Shown: positions 1-11,249 of the stretch, piece after piece
Position numbering within the stretch: position 1 is the stretch's first letter
Layout of the letters: each line of letters opens with the position of its first letter
Source: Clostridia bacterium
GTDB taxonomy: Bacteria; Bacillota; Clostridia; HGM11514
Assembly: GCA_045586685.1 (NCBI GenBank)
Contig: JAZNAU010000042.1
Location: 7,822 to 71,821 of the forward strand
Length of the DNA: 64,000 bases
Direction of reading: 5' to 3'
Translations under genes and position numbers: made by a program
Notes under the pieces: model-generated
The model's database searches: none
The model's input: the letters and a program-made list of their open reading frames with translations, nothing else
Told to the model about the DNA's origin: nothing

Positions 1-1142
1 ATGGACTGAATCATGGCACCCAGACGGGCAAACTGCTTTTCATCCACTGTAATTCCTTTGAGTTTTGCCTTATCCATTCCCGGAATCATATCAAGCAGGG
101 AGGATAAAGGACCCATATTTTTCATTTGTTCCATCTGGTCCAAAAAATCATTCAGTGTAAATCGTTCGCTACGCATTTTCTGTTCCAGTTCTATTGCCTT
201 TTTCTCATCAAAAGCTTGTTCAGCCTTTTCAATCAGGGTCAGAACATCACCCATACCTAATATACGGGAAGCCATTCTGTCAGGGTGAAACACCTCTAAA
301 TCTGAAAGTTTTTCTCCCATCCCTGCATATTTAATAGGTTTTCCGGTTACCGCACGGACAGAAAGAGCCGCACCGCCTCTGGTATCCCCATCAAGCTTGG
401 TTAAAATCACACCGTCAACTGAGAGCTGATCGTGAAAACTTTGAGCAACATTCACTGCATCCTGACCGGTCATGGCATCCACTGTCAGCAAAATTTCCTG
501 AGGCTTTACCGCCTCCTTAATGTCACAAAGCTCTCCCATCAGGGTTTCATCAATGTGAAGACGGCCTGCGGTATCAATCAGTACAACATCATTCAAATTG
601 CTTTTGGCATAACGCAATGCACGTTCTGCGATTCCCACAGGGTCTTGGCAATCTTCCTCGGCATACACAGGAATATCCAACTGTTTTCCTACCACCTGCA
701 ACTGTTTGATTGCTGCCGGACGGTACACATCGCAAGCAACTAAAAGAGGGCGCTTGCCGTCCTTTCTCAATAACCCTGCCAGCTTTGCACATGTGGTGGT
801 TTTCCCCGCCCCTTGTAACCCAACAAGCATATACGCTCCCGGTGGATTGGAGGAATAGGTCAATTTTTCTGCTGTTCCTCCCATTAACGCTGTCAATTCT
901 TCGTTAACAATTTTTATCACATGCTGACCCGGTGTCAAGCTTTCCAGCACTTCCGCACCCACAGCACGTTCCGATACATTTACTATAAACTCTTTTACAA
1001 TTTTGAAGCTGACATCCGCCTCTAAAAGGGCAAGTTTCACTTCCCTCATGGCAACCTTGATATCGCTTTCGGTCAGTTTTCCTTTCCCCCGTAATTTGGC
1101 GAAGGTCTGAGAAAGCTTATCTGCTAAATTTTCAAATGCCAT
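1..1142 (-). CDS. ffh: signal recognition particle protein Ffh (SRP54); C-terminal end runs off the window edge
   Basis: Minus-strand translation starts MAFENLADKLSQTFAKLRGKGKLTE.... The SRP54 NG-domain motifs LVGLQGAGKTTT, DTAGR and TKLDGD are present. A GGAG RBS lies 10 nt upstream of the ATG at 1142. There is no stop before position 1. Confidence 0.95.
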   Translation of the reverse strand, partial: MAFENLADKLSQTFAKLRGKGKLTESDIKVAMREVKLALLEADVSFKIVKEFIVNVSERAVGAEVLESLTPGQHVIKIVNEELTALMGGTAEKLTYSSNPPGAYMLVGLQGAGKTTTCAKLAGLLRKDGKRPLLVACDVYRPAAIKQLQVVGKQLDIPVYAEEDCQDPVGIAERALRYAKSNLNDVVLIDTAGRLHIDETLMGELCDIKEAVKPQEILLTVDAMTGQDAVNVAQSFHDQLSVDGVILTKLDGDTRGGAALSVRAVTGKPIKYAGMGEKLSDLEVFHPDRMASRILGMGDVLTLIEKAEQAFDEKKAIELEQKMRSERFTLNDFLDQMEQMKNMGPLSSLLDMIPGMDKAKLKGITVDEKQFARLGAMIQS

Positions 1143-1149
1143 TTCTCTA

Positions 1150-1473
1150 TCACTCCATTTGTTCTGCTAAAGAAAGAATTTCATCGGCACAATTTTTCGC
1201 AAGTTGCTCCGTCGTCTTTCTTAGCTTTTCTAACAATTCCCGATTTCTGGTTTTCTTTTTCAAAAGCCCCAACCGTTCTTCGTAAAAATATAACTGTTTC
1301 TCCCCCCGACGGATTAAATCAAGCACCGCCTGACGGGTAATGGTATAATGTTCGGTAATTTCTGTCAGGGATAAATCTTCTTCGTAATACAAGGCAAGCA
1401 CATCTGCCTGTCGAGGGGTAATGAGATTTTGATAACAATCCAGAAGTAATCCGATTTCCGCATTTTTCTGCAT
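1150..1473 (-). CDS. ylxM: YlxM/UPF0122 helix-turn-helix protein (putative SRP operon regulator)
   Basis: 107 aa. It shows a sigma-70 region-4-like HTH (LSLTEITEHYTITRQAVLDLIRRGEKQL). Its position immediately upstream of ffh is the conserved Firmicute ylxM-ffh arrangement. Confidence 0.85.
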   Translation of the reverse strand: MQKNAEIGLLLDCYQNLITPRQADVLALYYEEDLSLTEITEHYTITRQAVLDLIRRGEKQLYFYEERLGLLKKKTRNRELLEKLRKTTEQLAKNCADEILSLAEQME

Positions 1474-1554
1474 CTTTGGTACCCCTCCTCTGTTTTTTCT
1501 GTAAAGGGTTTCTCCTTTACACCTCTATTATTATACCCGTTTTTTTTTATTTTG

Positions 1555-2733
1555 TCAAGAGTTTTTTTGTTTTTTTCGGACAAATTGTAAAATTCCAAGG
1601 ACCAGCATTATGGGAAACACAGTTGTTGCCAGAATTCCAATTTGAAATCGATTTCCAAATGCATGGGAAACAACACCTGCCAACCCAGGGCCGACAGAAC
1701 ATCCCGTATCTCCTGCCAAAGCAAGATAAGCAAACATCCCCGTTCCTCCCATGGGTAGTGTCCTTGCCGCCAGACTGTAAGTTCCGGGCCACATAATTCC
1801 TACAGAAAAACCACATAACGCAAAACCAACCAACCCAACCATAGGAACCGGTGCCAAACCAATCATCAAATAACTGATTACACACAAAACACCGCAAATG
1901 AAAATGATTTTCGGAAGGGAAATTTGTTCACTCAGTTTTGCATACATCACACGGGAAATTCCCATCATAACCGCAAAGAACATAGCTCCTGTCAAATCCC
2001 CTATGGTCTTACTGACCCCCAAAGCATCCTCCGCTAAAGCAGATGCCCACTGGGATATGGTAAGCTCACTTGCTCCCGAACATAGCATCAACAATAAAAA
2101 CAACCAGTAAACAGGCATACCGAATAACTGCTTTAAGGACATGGGTTTTGTGTGATCCTCCAAGGTTCGAATAGGCACAAAGCAAAACAGAACTCCGTTT
2201 ACAGCAGGAATGACGGCAAGAAGAACTGCCATCGTCCTCCAATGCTCAATTCCAACGGCAGAAAAAAAGAGGGTGGATAATGCCACAACACCCACCTGCC
2301 CCCAACAATAAAAGGAATGGAGCAGACTCATAGTCCCCTCCTTCCTCTCTGTAGGACAAGCTTCCACAATAGGACTTCCCAGTACTTCAATCAGTCCTCC
2401 GCCCATGGCATAAAAGAAAACAGCAAGCAACAATCCGTAATATTCATTAGAAAATAAGAACGGAAATACAGCAATGCCCGTAAGTCCTATCACAGCACTT
2501 GCATGAGCAAATACCATACAGGAACGATACCCGATTCTGCTTGCAAATTTTGAGGAAAGAAAATCCATCACTAACTGAACGGCAAAATTAAAGGTTGCAA
2601 TAAATGCAATCTGTTCTACAGATAGTTCCCAAATTTTGCGAAAAAGCAAAAATAACAACGGAGCAAAATTATTCACAATCGCCTGTACAATATATCCCAC
2701 CATACTGACAGCAATGGTTTTATTGTAATTCAT
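1555..2733 (-). CDS. MFS family transporter
   Basis: About 390 aa with roughly 12 predicted hydrophobic helices. The start was chosen at MNYNK (ATG 2731-2733) because of an AAGAGGAG RBS; the longer ORF reaching 2802 lacks an RBS. Confidence 0.8.
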   Translation of the reverse strand: MNYNKTIAVSMVGYIVQAIVNNFAPLLFLLFRKIWELSVEQIAFIATFNFAVQLVMDFLSSKFASRIGYRSCMVFAHASAVIGLTGIAVFPFLFSNEYYGLLLAVFFYAMGGGLIEVLGSPIVEACPTERKEGTMSLLHSFYCWGQVGVVALSTLFFSAVGIEHWRTMAVLLAVIPAVNGVLFCFVPIRTLEDHTKPMSLKQLFGMPVYWLFLLLMLCSGASELTISQWASALAEDALGVSKTIGDLTGAMFFAVMMGISRVMYAKLSEQISLPKIIFICGVLCVISYLMIGLAPVPMVGLVGFALCGFSVGIMWPGTYSLAARTLPMGGTGMFAYLALAGDTGCSVGPGLAGVVSHAFGNRFQIGILATTVFPIMLVLGILQFVRKKQKNS

Positions 2734-2804
2734 AACAAAACTCCTCTTATGAATAAAGAAAGAACCGACACAATATTGTCCTCTGCGTCGGTTCTGTTTC
2801 ATTT

Positions 2805-4286
<1,482 letters not shown>

Positions 4287-4496
4287 TCATAAATAAATTT
4301 ATATTATTACAATTATAGCAATTCTTTTGAGAAATGTCAAGAAAAACAATAAAATTTTCCCCATTTTTCAAGTGAACTTTTAAAAGTTGACATTTTTTTC
4401 ATATCTTCGCCAAAAAAGATTGCTTTTTTTCCTTAATTATGATATAGTTAAGGATAGCGGATTTACCGCATGATATGAGGGATTGGGGTTTCTTAT

Positions 4497-5873
4497 ATGA
4501 TTTTTTCAAGTACATTATTTTTGTTTTATTTTTTACCTACTGTATTATTAGCCTACTATCTTGTTCCAAAAAAAGCAAAAAATGCCGTGCTCTTTTTCTT
4601 TAGTCTTGTGTTTTATGCATGGGGAGAACCCGTTTACATCGGCATCATGTTGTTTTCCATTTTATTCAACTACGCCTGCGGGCTTGCTTTGGAAAAATTT
4701 AAACAGAAAAAGCAGATTCTCATCGCCTCGGTGATTATCAATCTGGGGATTTTATTTTTCTTTAAATATACAGACTTTTTTCTTGGAAGCATCTTAAATC
4801 CGCTGATTCCGGGAAGCGTACCTCTAACAGGAATCACTCTTCCTATCGGCATTTCTTTTTATACGTTTCAAACCATGTCTTATGTGATTGATGTCTATCG
4901 GGGCAAAGCATTCCCACAGAAAAATCTGATTTCCTTCGGAACCTATGTGGCATTGTTTCCCCAGTTGATTGCTGGACCCATTGTCCGCTACACCTCCATT
5001 GAAAAGCAACTGGAAAACAGACAGGTAACTGCAAAGGGCATCTGCACAGGTATTCTGTATTTTATTATCGGATTATCGAAGAAGGTGTTGATTGCTAATA
5101 ACATTGGTCTGCTTTGGGACACCATGCACGGTGCAGAGCATTTATCTGTTGTTTCTGCATGGCTGGGAATTTTGGCTTTTACCTTCCAGATTTATTTTGA
5201 TTTTTCCGGCTATTCAGATATGGCAATCGGTCTGGGTCGGTTATTTGGATTTCAATTTGAACAAAACTTTCATTACCCATACATTGCCCGCTCCATCACG
5301 GATTTTTGGAGAAGATGGCATATCAGTTTAAGCAGTTGGTTTAAAGAATATGTCTATATTCCTTTGGGCGGAAACAGAGTTTCCCCCTCCCGCTTACGAT
5401 TCAATCTTCTGATTGTCTGGGGGCTTACAGGTTTCTGGCACGGTGCAAGCTTTAATTTTATTGCATGGGGATTGTATTATGCAATTCTGCTGATTTTGGA
5501 AAAAGAGGTATTTGGGGTATGGTTGGAAAAATTGCCCAAGATTGTACAAAACTGTTATACTCTCTTGTTTGTTATCATCGGCTGGGTCTTTTTTGCGGCA
5601 AATGATTTTGGGGATGCCTTCCGTTACTTAGGTGCCATGTTCGGTTTTTCGGGCAGTCTTATTGATTCAGCAGCACAATATGCATTTACCTCTTACGGGC
5701 GGATGCTGTTACTGTGTCTGTTTGCTATGCTTCCCTTGGGCAAAAAGTTTGGGAAAAAGCTGTTTCAAAAAAATCCATTGTTGGTACTTCTTCCTGCCGT
5801 CTTACTCTTTTTCCTTTGTCTGACCTATCTTGCAGGTGCATCTTATAATCCATTCCTGTACTTCAGATTTTAA
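4497..5873 (+). CDS. MBOAT family membrane-bound O-acyltransferase (AlgI/DltB/PatA-like)
   Basis: 458 aa polytopic membrane protein. It carries the MBOAT signature around the conserved His (FWRRWHISLSSWFKEYVYIPLGG). Confidence 0.9.
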   Translation: MIFSSTLFLFYFLPTVLLAYYLVPKKAKNAVLFFFSLVFYAWGEPVYIGIMLFSILFNYACGLALEKFKQKKQILIASVIINLGILFFFKYTDFFLGSILNPLIPGSVPLTGITLPIGISFYTFQTMSYVIDVYRGKAFPQKNLISFGTYVALFPQLIAGPIVRYTSIEKQLENRQVTAKGICTGILYFIIGLSKKVLIANNIGLLWDTMHGAEHLSVVSAWLGILAFTFQIYFDFSGYSDMAIGLGRLFGFQFEQNFHYPYIARSITDFWRRWHISLSSWFKEYVYIPLGGNRVSPSRLRFNLLIVWGLTGFWHGASFNFIAWGLYYAILLILEKEVFGVWLEKLPKIVQNCYTLLFVIIGWVFFAANDFGDAFRYLGAMFGFSGSLIDSAAQYAFTSYGRMLLLCLFAMLPLGKKFGKKLFQKNPLLVLLPAVLLFFLCLTYLAGASYNPFLYFRF

Positions 5874-5888
5874 AGGAGGGCGATTTTT

Positions 5889-8075
5889 ATGAAAAAAAAC
5901 TTGAAACGATTTAATTTCATCATCATCAGTTTGTTCGGACTGTTGGTCATCTTTAATTTATTTCGCCCAAAAGGAGACTATTCTTCTCTGGAAAACAGAT
6001 ATTTGCAGGATTTTCCCAATTTCTCTTTCAAGGCATTAAGCAACGGAACCTTTATGGAACAATTTGAAAGCTTTGCCAATGACCAATTATTAGGAAGAGA
6101 TTTTCTGGTGAAAAGACGGGCAAAAACCGAGATTTTACTGGGCAAAAAAGAAAATAACGGTGTTTACTTTGCAGAGGACGGCTATCTGATCGAACAGCCT
6201 CCTGTTCTGGAACAGGAAATTGTACTGGAAAACCTCAATGCAGTGAAAACACTTCACTCTTTGGGGCGGTTCAGAATCACTCTTTCCGTTGTTCCCCCTG
6301 CTTATGAAATTTTAAGGGAGAAACTTCCCGACCATGTTTACAGTCCCGTGATTCTTAATCTGAATCAGGCGATTCGAAAGGAACTGAAAGACACCGGTGT
6401 TCAGATTGCAGACCCTTCCTCTGTTTTATGGAACCACCGAAATGAATACATTTATTATAAAACTGACCATCATCAAACCAGTCTCGGAAGCCGTCTATCT
6501 TACGAGTCTTTAGCACAATTTTTAGGCTATGAACCCTTGGAAGATGTGGCATTTCATCCCGTGGATGTTTCTCATTCCTTTTTAGGCACCACCTACTCCA
6601 AGGGACTTGTTTCCGTAAAACCGGATACCATTACAGCTTACGAAACAAAGCCATCGGCAACCGTATCTTTTCCTGAGAAACAGGAACAATTTGATTCTGT
6701 CTATTTCAAGAATCATCTTGAAGAAAAGGATCAGTACGCCTTCTTTTTGGACGGGAACCACGGACTTGCAGTTGTAAAAGGGCCTAACCAAAACGGACGG
6801 CATCTGGCAATCTTTAAAGATTCCTATGCCCATAGTCTTGCTCCCTTCCTCGCCAATCATTTTGAAACCATTCATTTTATTGATTTGCGGTATTTTCAGG
6901 GAGACATTTTGGAATATCTTCACAACAACCAACTACAGGATGTGCTCTTTTACTACAGTGCACCTAGTTTCATGACCAAAGGAACCTTGGACAAGGTAAC
7001 CGCAAGTGTGGAAACCTCCCCTTATGCACACTTCCAACCCTTTGGGCGAGTAGAAGAAAATGAACCTGTAGATGCTGGATATTTTAATGATGCCGTATTT
7101 GTTGGAGATTCTCTGACAGTAGGCTTTCAGATGTACTCTGATCTGGTGGAGGCAGATTTTCTGTCAAGCACCGCCCTTTCTATTACAGGCTTAGGAAGCG
7201 TGGATGCACCAAGCGGTGGCGGTACTATTTTAGATCGGATTCAAAATGATGCCTACAAAAAAATCTATATTATGCTTGGTATCAATGAGTTGATTGAGCC
7301 ATCAAACAAGGATGCTTTCATAGGTAAATACGAAGCCTTAATTAACACCATCAAGCTAACCCATCCTCAGGCTTATATTTATATTCAATCCATTCTTCCT
7401 GTTTCTCAAAAAGAGGATGCAAAGGGAAGACTGCGAAATGAATATATTTATGATTTTGACGATGCTTTGGAAGAATTAGCTGCTAACAAGGGGGCATATT
7501 ATCTTGATATTGCATCCGCATTGGCAGATGAAAACGGATTTTTGCCGGAACACAGCTCTGTTGACGGGATTCACCTGAATGAGGAATATTATTTAAAATG
7601 GCTTGACTACTTGAAAACACATACTGTATATGACCCTCTTGCCGCCAAAGAGGTTGCGGCAATGGACTCTTTCGAACCGATTGTCAGTGATTACGACATC
7701 ACAGGCATTGCTTCTAACTTAAAAGACACCATTACTTTCACTGACGAAATGGGTCAGCTTCGTTATGCAATGCTCTGTAAAACCCATGGAATTGACTCTG
7801 AAATAATAGCAAATGCCACAGGATTTATTGGTGGCGGAGCTACTGCAGAGGAAATTGCGGTATTTGAAGTAAAAAAGAAAAAGAACGCAAATACCGTCAA
7901 ACAATTATTAGAAGAATATGTTCAGACCAGAAAGGCTAGCTTTGAAACCTACCTTCCCGCTGAAGTTCCAAAATTAGAGCATCCTTTCCTGTTCTCAAAA
8001 GGAAAACTAATTGTTTTGGTCATTGCTGACGACCATGCACAGGCAGAGAAAATCGTTCGAAATGCCCTGAAATAA
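5889..8075 (+). CDS. DHHW/AlgJ-like O-acetyltransferase partner fused to an SGNH/GDSL hydrolase domain and a C-terminal DUF4358-like domain
   Basis: 728 aa. It has an N-terminal TM anchor followed by an AlgJ/DHHW-like region (YYKTDHHQTSLG). The middle region is GDSL-type (FVGDSLT ... GINEL ... DGIHL). The C-terminal ~170 aa are DUF4358-like. It starts 16 nt after the MBOAT gene, behind an AGGAGG RBS. Confidence 0.75.
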   Translation: MKKNLKRFNFIIISLFGLLVIFNLFRPKGDYSSLENRYLQDFPNFSFKALSNGTFMEQFESFANDQLLGRDFLVKRRAKTEILLGKKENNGVYFAEDGYLIEQPPVLEQEIVLENLNAVKTLHSLGRFRITLSVVPPAYEILREKLPDHVYSPVILNLNQAIRKELKDTGVQIADPSSVLWNHRNEYIYYKTDHHQTSLGSRLSYESLAQFLGYEPLEDVAFHPVDVSHSFLGTTYSKGLVSVKPDTITAYETKPSATVSFPEKQEQFDSVYFKNHLEEKDQYAFFLDGNHGLAVVKGPNQNGRHLAIFKDSYAHSLAPFLANHFETIHFIDLRYFQGDILEYLHNNQLQDVLFYYSAPSFMTKGTLDKVTASVETSPYAHFQPFGRVEENEPVDAGYFNDAVFVGDSLTVGFQMYSDLVEADFLSSTALSITGLGSVDAPSGGGTILDRIQNDAYKKIYIMLGINELIEPSNKDAFIGKYEALINTIKLTHPQAYIYIQSILPVSQKEDAKGRLRNEYIYDFDDALEELAANKGAYYLDIASALADENGFLPEHSSVDGIHLNEEYYLKWLDYLKTHTVYDPLAAKEVAAMDSFEPIVSDYDITGIASNLKDTITFTDEMGQLRYAMLCKTHGIDSEIIANATGFIGGGATAEEIAVFEVKKKKNANTVKQLLEEYVQTRKASFETYLPAEVPKLEHPFLFSKGKLIVLVIADDHAQAEKIVRNALK

Positions 8076-8087
8076 TAAAAATAAAAG

Positions 8088-8128
8088 GAATCGTCGGAAA
8101 AACTCCATATTTTCCCGACGATTTTTTT
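8088..8128. terminator. bidirectional rho-independent terminator between convergent genes
   Basis: GC-rich inverted repeat atcgtcgg...ccgacgat with A-tract and T-tract flanks. It lies between the stop at 8075 (+) and the stop at 8175 (-). Confidence 0.6.
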
Positions 8129-8174
8129 GTAATGTAATACCAAATAAAAATCTAATATTTACTATGATTTTCTT

Positions 8175-9395
8175 CTATCTGATTCCATACTTTTCTATAA
8201 TATAATCCATATCCTTATCCCCTCTTCCGGACAGATTGATAAGAACTGAACCCTTCTCCATTTTCTTTGCAAGTTTCATACCATAGGCGACCGCATGAGA
8301 ACTTTCAATGGCAGGAATAATTCCTTCAAGACGAGCAAGCTTATAGAAAGCGTCAATGGTTTCTTCGTCGTCAATGACATCGTATTTGACTCTTCCAACT
8401 TCCTGTAAAAACGCATGTTCCGGACCGGAAGAAGGATAATCAAGACCGCTTGCAACAGAGTAAACGGGAGCCGGCTCTCCGTTTTCATCCTTCAGCATAA
8501 TGCTGTTAAAGCCATGCATAACTCCTTCGGTTCCATATTTCAAACTTGCGGCATGATCTCCGAGCTCCGGACCCTTTCCAAGAGGTTCAATACCGTAAAT
8601 ATCCACAGGATCATTTAAAAATCCGGAGAAAAGTCCCATTGCGTTGGAACCTCCGCCTACACAAGCAACAATAGCATCTGGAAGATGCCCTGTCATATCA
8701 ACAAATTGTTCTCTTGCTTCTATTCCCACAACACTCTGGAAATCACGCACCATCATAGGGAACGGATGAGGTCCGAGAACCGACCCAATACAATAAATAG
8801 AATCCTGATATTCCTTACTGTAAGCATCAAATGCCGCATCTACCGCTTCCTTCAAAGTCTGCAGACCATGGGTAACCTCTACAACCCTTGCTCCAAGAAT
8901 TTTCATTCTTGCCACGTTGGGAGCCTGTTTTTTAATATCAACCGTACCCATGTAAATATCACATTCCAAGCCAAAATATGCCGCCGCTGTAGCCAAAGCA
9001 ACGCCATGCTGTCCGGCTCCTGTTTCGGCAATTACCTTTTTCTTGCCCATGTATTTGGCAAGCAAAGCTTCTCCCATACAGTGATTGAGCTTATGAGCAC
9101 CGGAATGATTTAAATCTTCCCGTTTTGCATAGAGCTGAACGGTGCCGCCCAAGGCATCAGAAAGACGTTCCAGATGGGTTACAGGAGTAGGTCTGCCCTG
9201 AAATTCTTTTCTGATTCTGCGAAGTTCAGCAATGAATTTTCTGGACTGACAAATAGAAAAATAAGCTTCCGTAATTTCTGCCATAGCAGCTTTTAACTTG
9301 TCATCAATATAAACACCGCCATACTTTCCGAAATAACCCTTTTGGTCAGGATAATGTTTAAAATAAGTTTCAAAATCAATTCCGTTATAATTCAT
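8175..9395 (-). CDS. trpB: tryptophan synthase beta chain; stand-alone, no trpA or other trp genes nearby
   Basis: PLP-fold motifs [17 protein letters not shown] and GGGSNA. The start was chosen at MNYNG (9395) behind a GGAGGA RBS. Confidence 0.9.
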   Translation of the reverse strand: MNYNGIDFETYFKHYPDQKGYFGKYGGVYIDDKLKAAMAEITEAYFSICQSRKFIAELRRIRKEFQGRPTPVTHLERLSDALGGTVQLYAKREDLNHSGAHKLNHCMGEALLAKYMGKKKVIAETGAGQHGVALATAAAYFGLECDIYMGTVDIKKQAPNVARMKILGARVVEVTHGLQTLKEAVDAAFDAYSKEYQDSIYCIGSVLGPHPFPMMVRDFQSVVGIEAREQFVDMTGHLPDAIVACVGGGSNAMGLFSGFLNDPVDIYGIEPLGKGPELGDHAASLKYGTEGVMHGFNSIMLKDENGEPAPVYSVASGLDYPSSGPEHAFLQEVGRVKYDVIDDEETIDAFYKLARLEGIIPAIESSHAVAYGMKLAKKMEKGSVLINLSGRGDKDMDYIIEKYGIR

Positions 9396-9481
9396 GATAG
9401 ATTCCTCCAAATAATAGTTTAATTTTTATCATCCGCTTTTTCGCCATCGTTTTGATAAAAGAAACATCCCAAGTCCTCCAA

Positions 9482-9757
9482 CCTCTGTTATAAAAAACAA
9501 AAATCCTTGACAGAATACACTACTCTGTCAAGGACGAATTCACAAAATCCGCGGTGCCACCTTGAATTCACGATTATCTCGTGCACTTAGCGGAGTACCA
9601 GCATACTCCCGACTTTTTACGCAAGTCTTACGTCAACGCATTTAACGTTGCCCTCAACAGTCCATATTACGCAAAGAGCCTTTGTGGAACTCGCACCGTC
9701 ATCCACTCGCTCAGAAAGACCGACTCTGCCTTTTTTCTGTCTCAACGGTTTTCAATT
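9482..9757 (-). promoter_or_regulatory. T-box riboswitch leader, probable Trp (UGG) specifier, with terminator/antiterminator
   Basis: The minus-strand RNA contains the T-box consensus AAUUCAAGGUGGCACCGCGG (+ coords 9549-9568). The following terminator is GUCCUUGACAGA...UCUGUCAAGGAUUUUUGUUUUUU. A Stem-I region with GNUGA-type elements is present. The candidate specifier loop GAGUGGAUGA has UGG followed by a purine. Confidence 0.8.
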
Positions 9758-9764
9758 TACCTTT

Positions 9765-9793
9765 ATTATATCATCCTTTTCGGATTCTGTCAA
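9765..9793 (-). promoter_or_regulatory. sigma-A promoter for the T-box leader/trpB
   Basis: Minus-strand TTGACA, a 17-nt spacer, then TATAAT. This is a perfect consensus. Confidence 0.7.
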
Positions 9794-9800
9794 TACTTTT

Positions 9801-11234
9801 TTATTCTTCTGCGGGAGAAATCGGTATCAAGTCAGCTTCATTTTCTACTAATTCAGCGTCCGGCTCGGTTGTTATAACTGGCTCAACAGTCTGTTCAGGT
9901 GTTGGTGTTGGAGATGGAGTCCAATATTCCACCTGTTGGGGATCAATTCCAAAATCTTCAGGGTTTTGGTTGGGATCTAATATAATATAATGATCTTTTC
10001 TTTCCGGAGTTGGTTCAATTTTTGGAATGGTCAGGGTTTCCAAAGGCTTAGGTGTTTGTGCAACAACAGGCACTTCCTTTTCTTTTTTTGTTTTATCCGG
10101 TGTATCCATTGCATCAGCAAACAAGCTATCCTCCAACACATCCGAAGCATATTCATAATAATACTCACAAAAACGAGTGGCATCATTCAGCGCTTCTTCA
10201 TCTAAATCATGGGTAATCCCTTGGACAGAAGAACCGTTATTCCATTGCCAACCCACAAATAAATTCTGACCGATATCGCTTAACTGCAATTTAGAAATCT
10301 GCTCTGTATATGGGTTGAATTTAGCATTGATCAACCCCATTGCCGAGGTTTCATTTACTATGTAATAAGTATTTTCCAAAAAGTTTGCTGTCAGTCCCGG
10401 AAGCACCTCCGGGGTAATATCTTGTTGGGCATCGCCCTCCAAAGCAATTCCAGACAACCACAAAAGCTCCCCTGCTGTAAGGTCTGTCAGTACTGTTTCT
10501 GCACCAATTTTTGCTAATTCCTTCGGCGTATCCAGCTTAATAATTGCTTGCTTTGCAAAAGCTTTCATAAAGCTTTGTTGGGCACGAATTCTTCCTAAAT
10601 CGCCGTCTACATATCCGCAATACCTGACAAAATCCAAAGCATCCTCCCCATTTAAGGTTTGCTCCCCGATTGTCAGATGAATGGATAAATCCTGGGCGGA
10701 ATCGTCATAATCCATTTGTTGTGGCACCATTATTGTTACCCCGCCAATGTAGTCAACCAGCTTTTCAAAACCGTCATGCTTAATTAGTATATAGCGGTCA
10801 ACGGGCAAGCCCGTCAGATTTTTCAGTTCTTTTTTTATTTCGTCTATTCCACCATTACTATACGCCTTGCAAATTTGCATATTTTTTCTTCCGCTTTCTG
10901 ACAAGGTATCCTTTGGAACAGATAACAGGCGAAGAGATTTCTTATCTTTTTCTAAAGCTGCTAACATAATCGTATCTAAATCTTGAAACCGGTCTATACC
11001 TGCAATCAGAAAAATAACTGTATTTTCATTTCGTCCTTCTTCTTTTATTACAATTTCATCTCCTGAAGAACCAAATAATAAATTCAATCTGGTAACCAGA
11101 GAATTTTCCCCTTTAATATGCTGATATGCGGTGTAATAACAGCACCAGAAAACAATCAGAATCAAAGCAATAATCCCAACCGTCAGTACTGTTTTTTTAT
11201 AATTTTCCCACCATTCATTCAACCTTTTTTTCAT
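9801..11234 (-). CDS. LCP family protein (LytR-CpsA-Psr cell-wall polymer ligase) with a Pro/Thr/Glu-rich C-terminal tail
   Basis: N-terminal TM anchor. The LCP domain reads VIFLIAGIDRFQD...SVPKDT. The tail is low-complexity (TPSPTPTPEQTVEP). Confidence 0.85.
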   Translation of the reverse strand: MKKRLNEWWENYKKTVLTVGIIALILIVFWCCYYTAYQHIKGENSLVTRLNLLFGSSGDEIVIKEEGRNENTVIFLIAGIDRFQDLDTIMLAALEKDKKSLRLLSVPKDTLSESGRKNMQICKAYSNGGIDEIKKELKNLTGLPVDRYILIKHDGFEKLVDYIGGVTIMVPQQMDYDDSAQDLSIHLTIGEQTLNGEDALDFVRYCGYVDGDLGRIRAQQSFMKAFAKQAIIKLDTPKELAKIGAETVLTDLTAGELLWLSGIALEGDAQQDITPEVLPGLTANFLENTYYIVNETSAMGLINAKFNPYTEQISKLQLSDIGQNLFVGWQWNNGSSVQGITHDLDEEALNDATRFCEYYYEYASDVLEDSLFADAMDTPDKTKKEKEVPVVAQTPKPLETLTIPKIEPTPERKDHYIILDPNQNPEDFGIDPQQVEYWTPSPTPTPEQTVEPVITTEPDAELVENEADLIPISPAEE

Positions 11235-11249
11235 AGATGCTTCCTTTCG

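Noticed and set aside
13-907. Plus-strand ORFs at the left edge (13-288, 432-743, 710-907)
   Set aside because: They lie antisense within ffh, whose minus-strand translation is unambiguous.
9801-10100. Tandem-repeat or mobile element in the Pro/Thr/Glu-rich region
   Set aside because: This is the low-complexity C-terminal tail of the LCP protein. It stays in frame, and no nucleotide-level tandem repeat unit or inverted terminal repeats are present.
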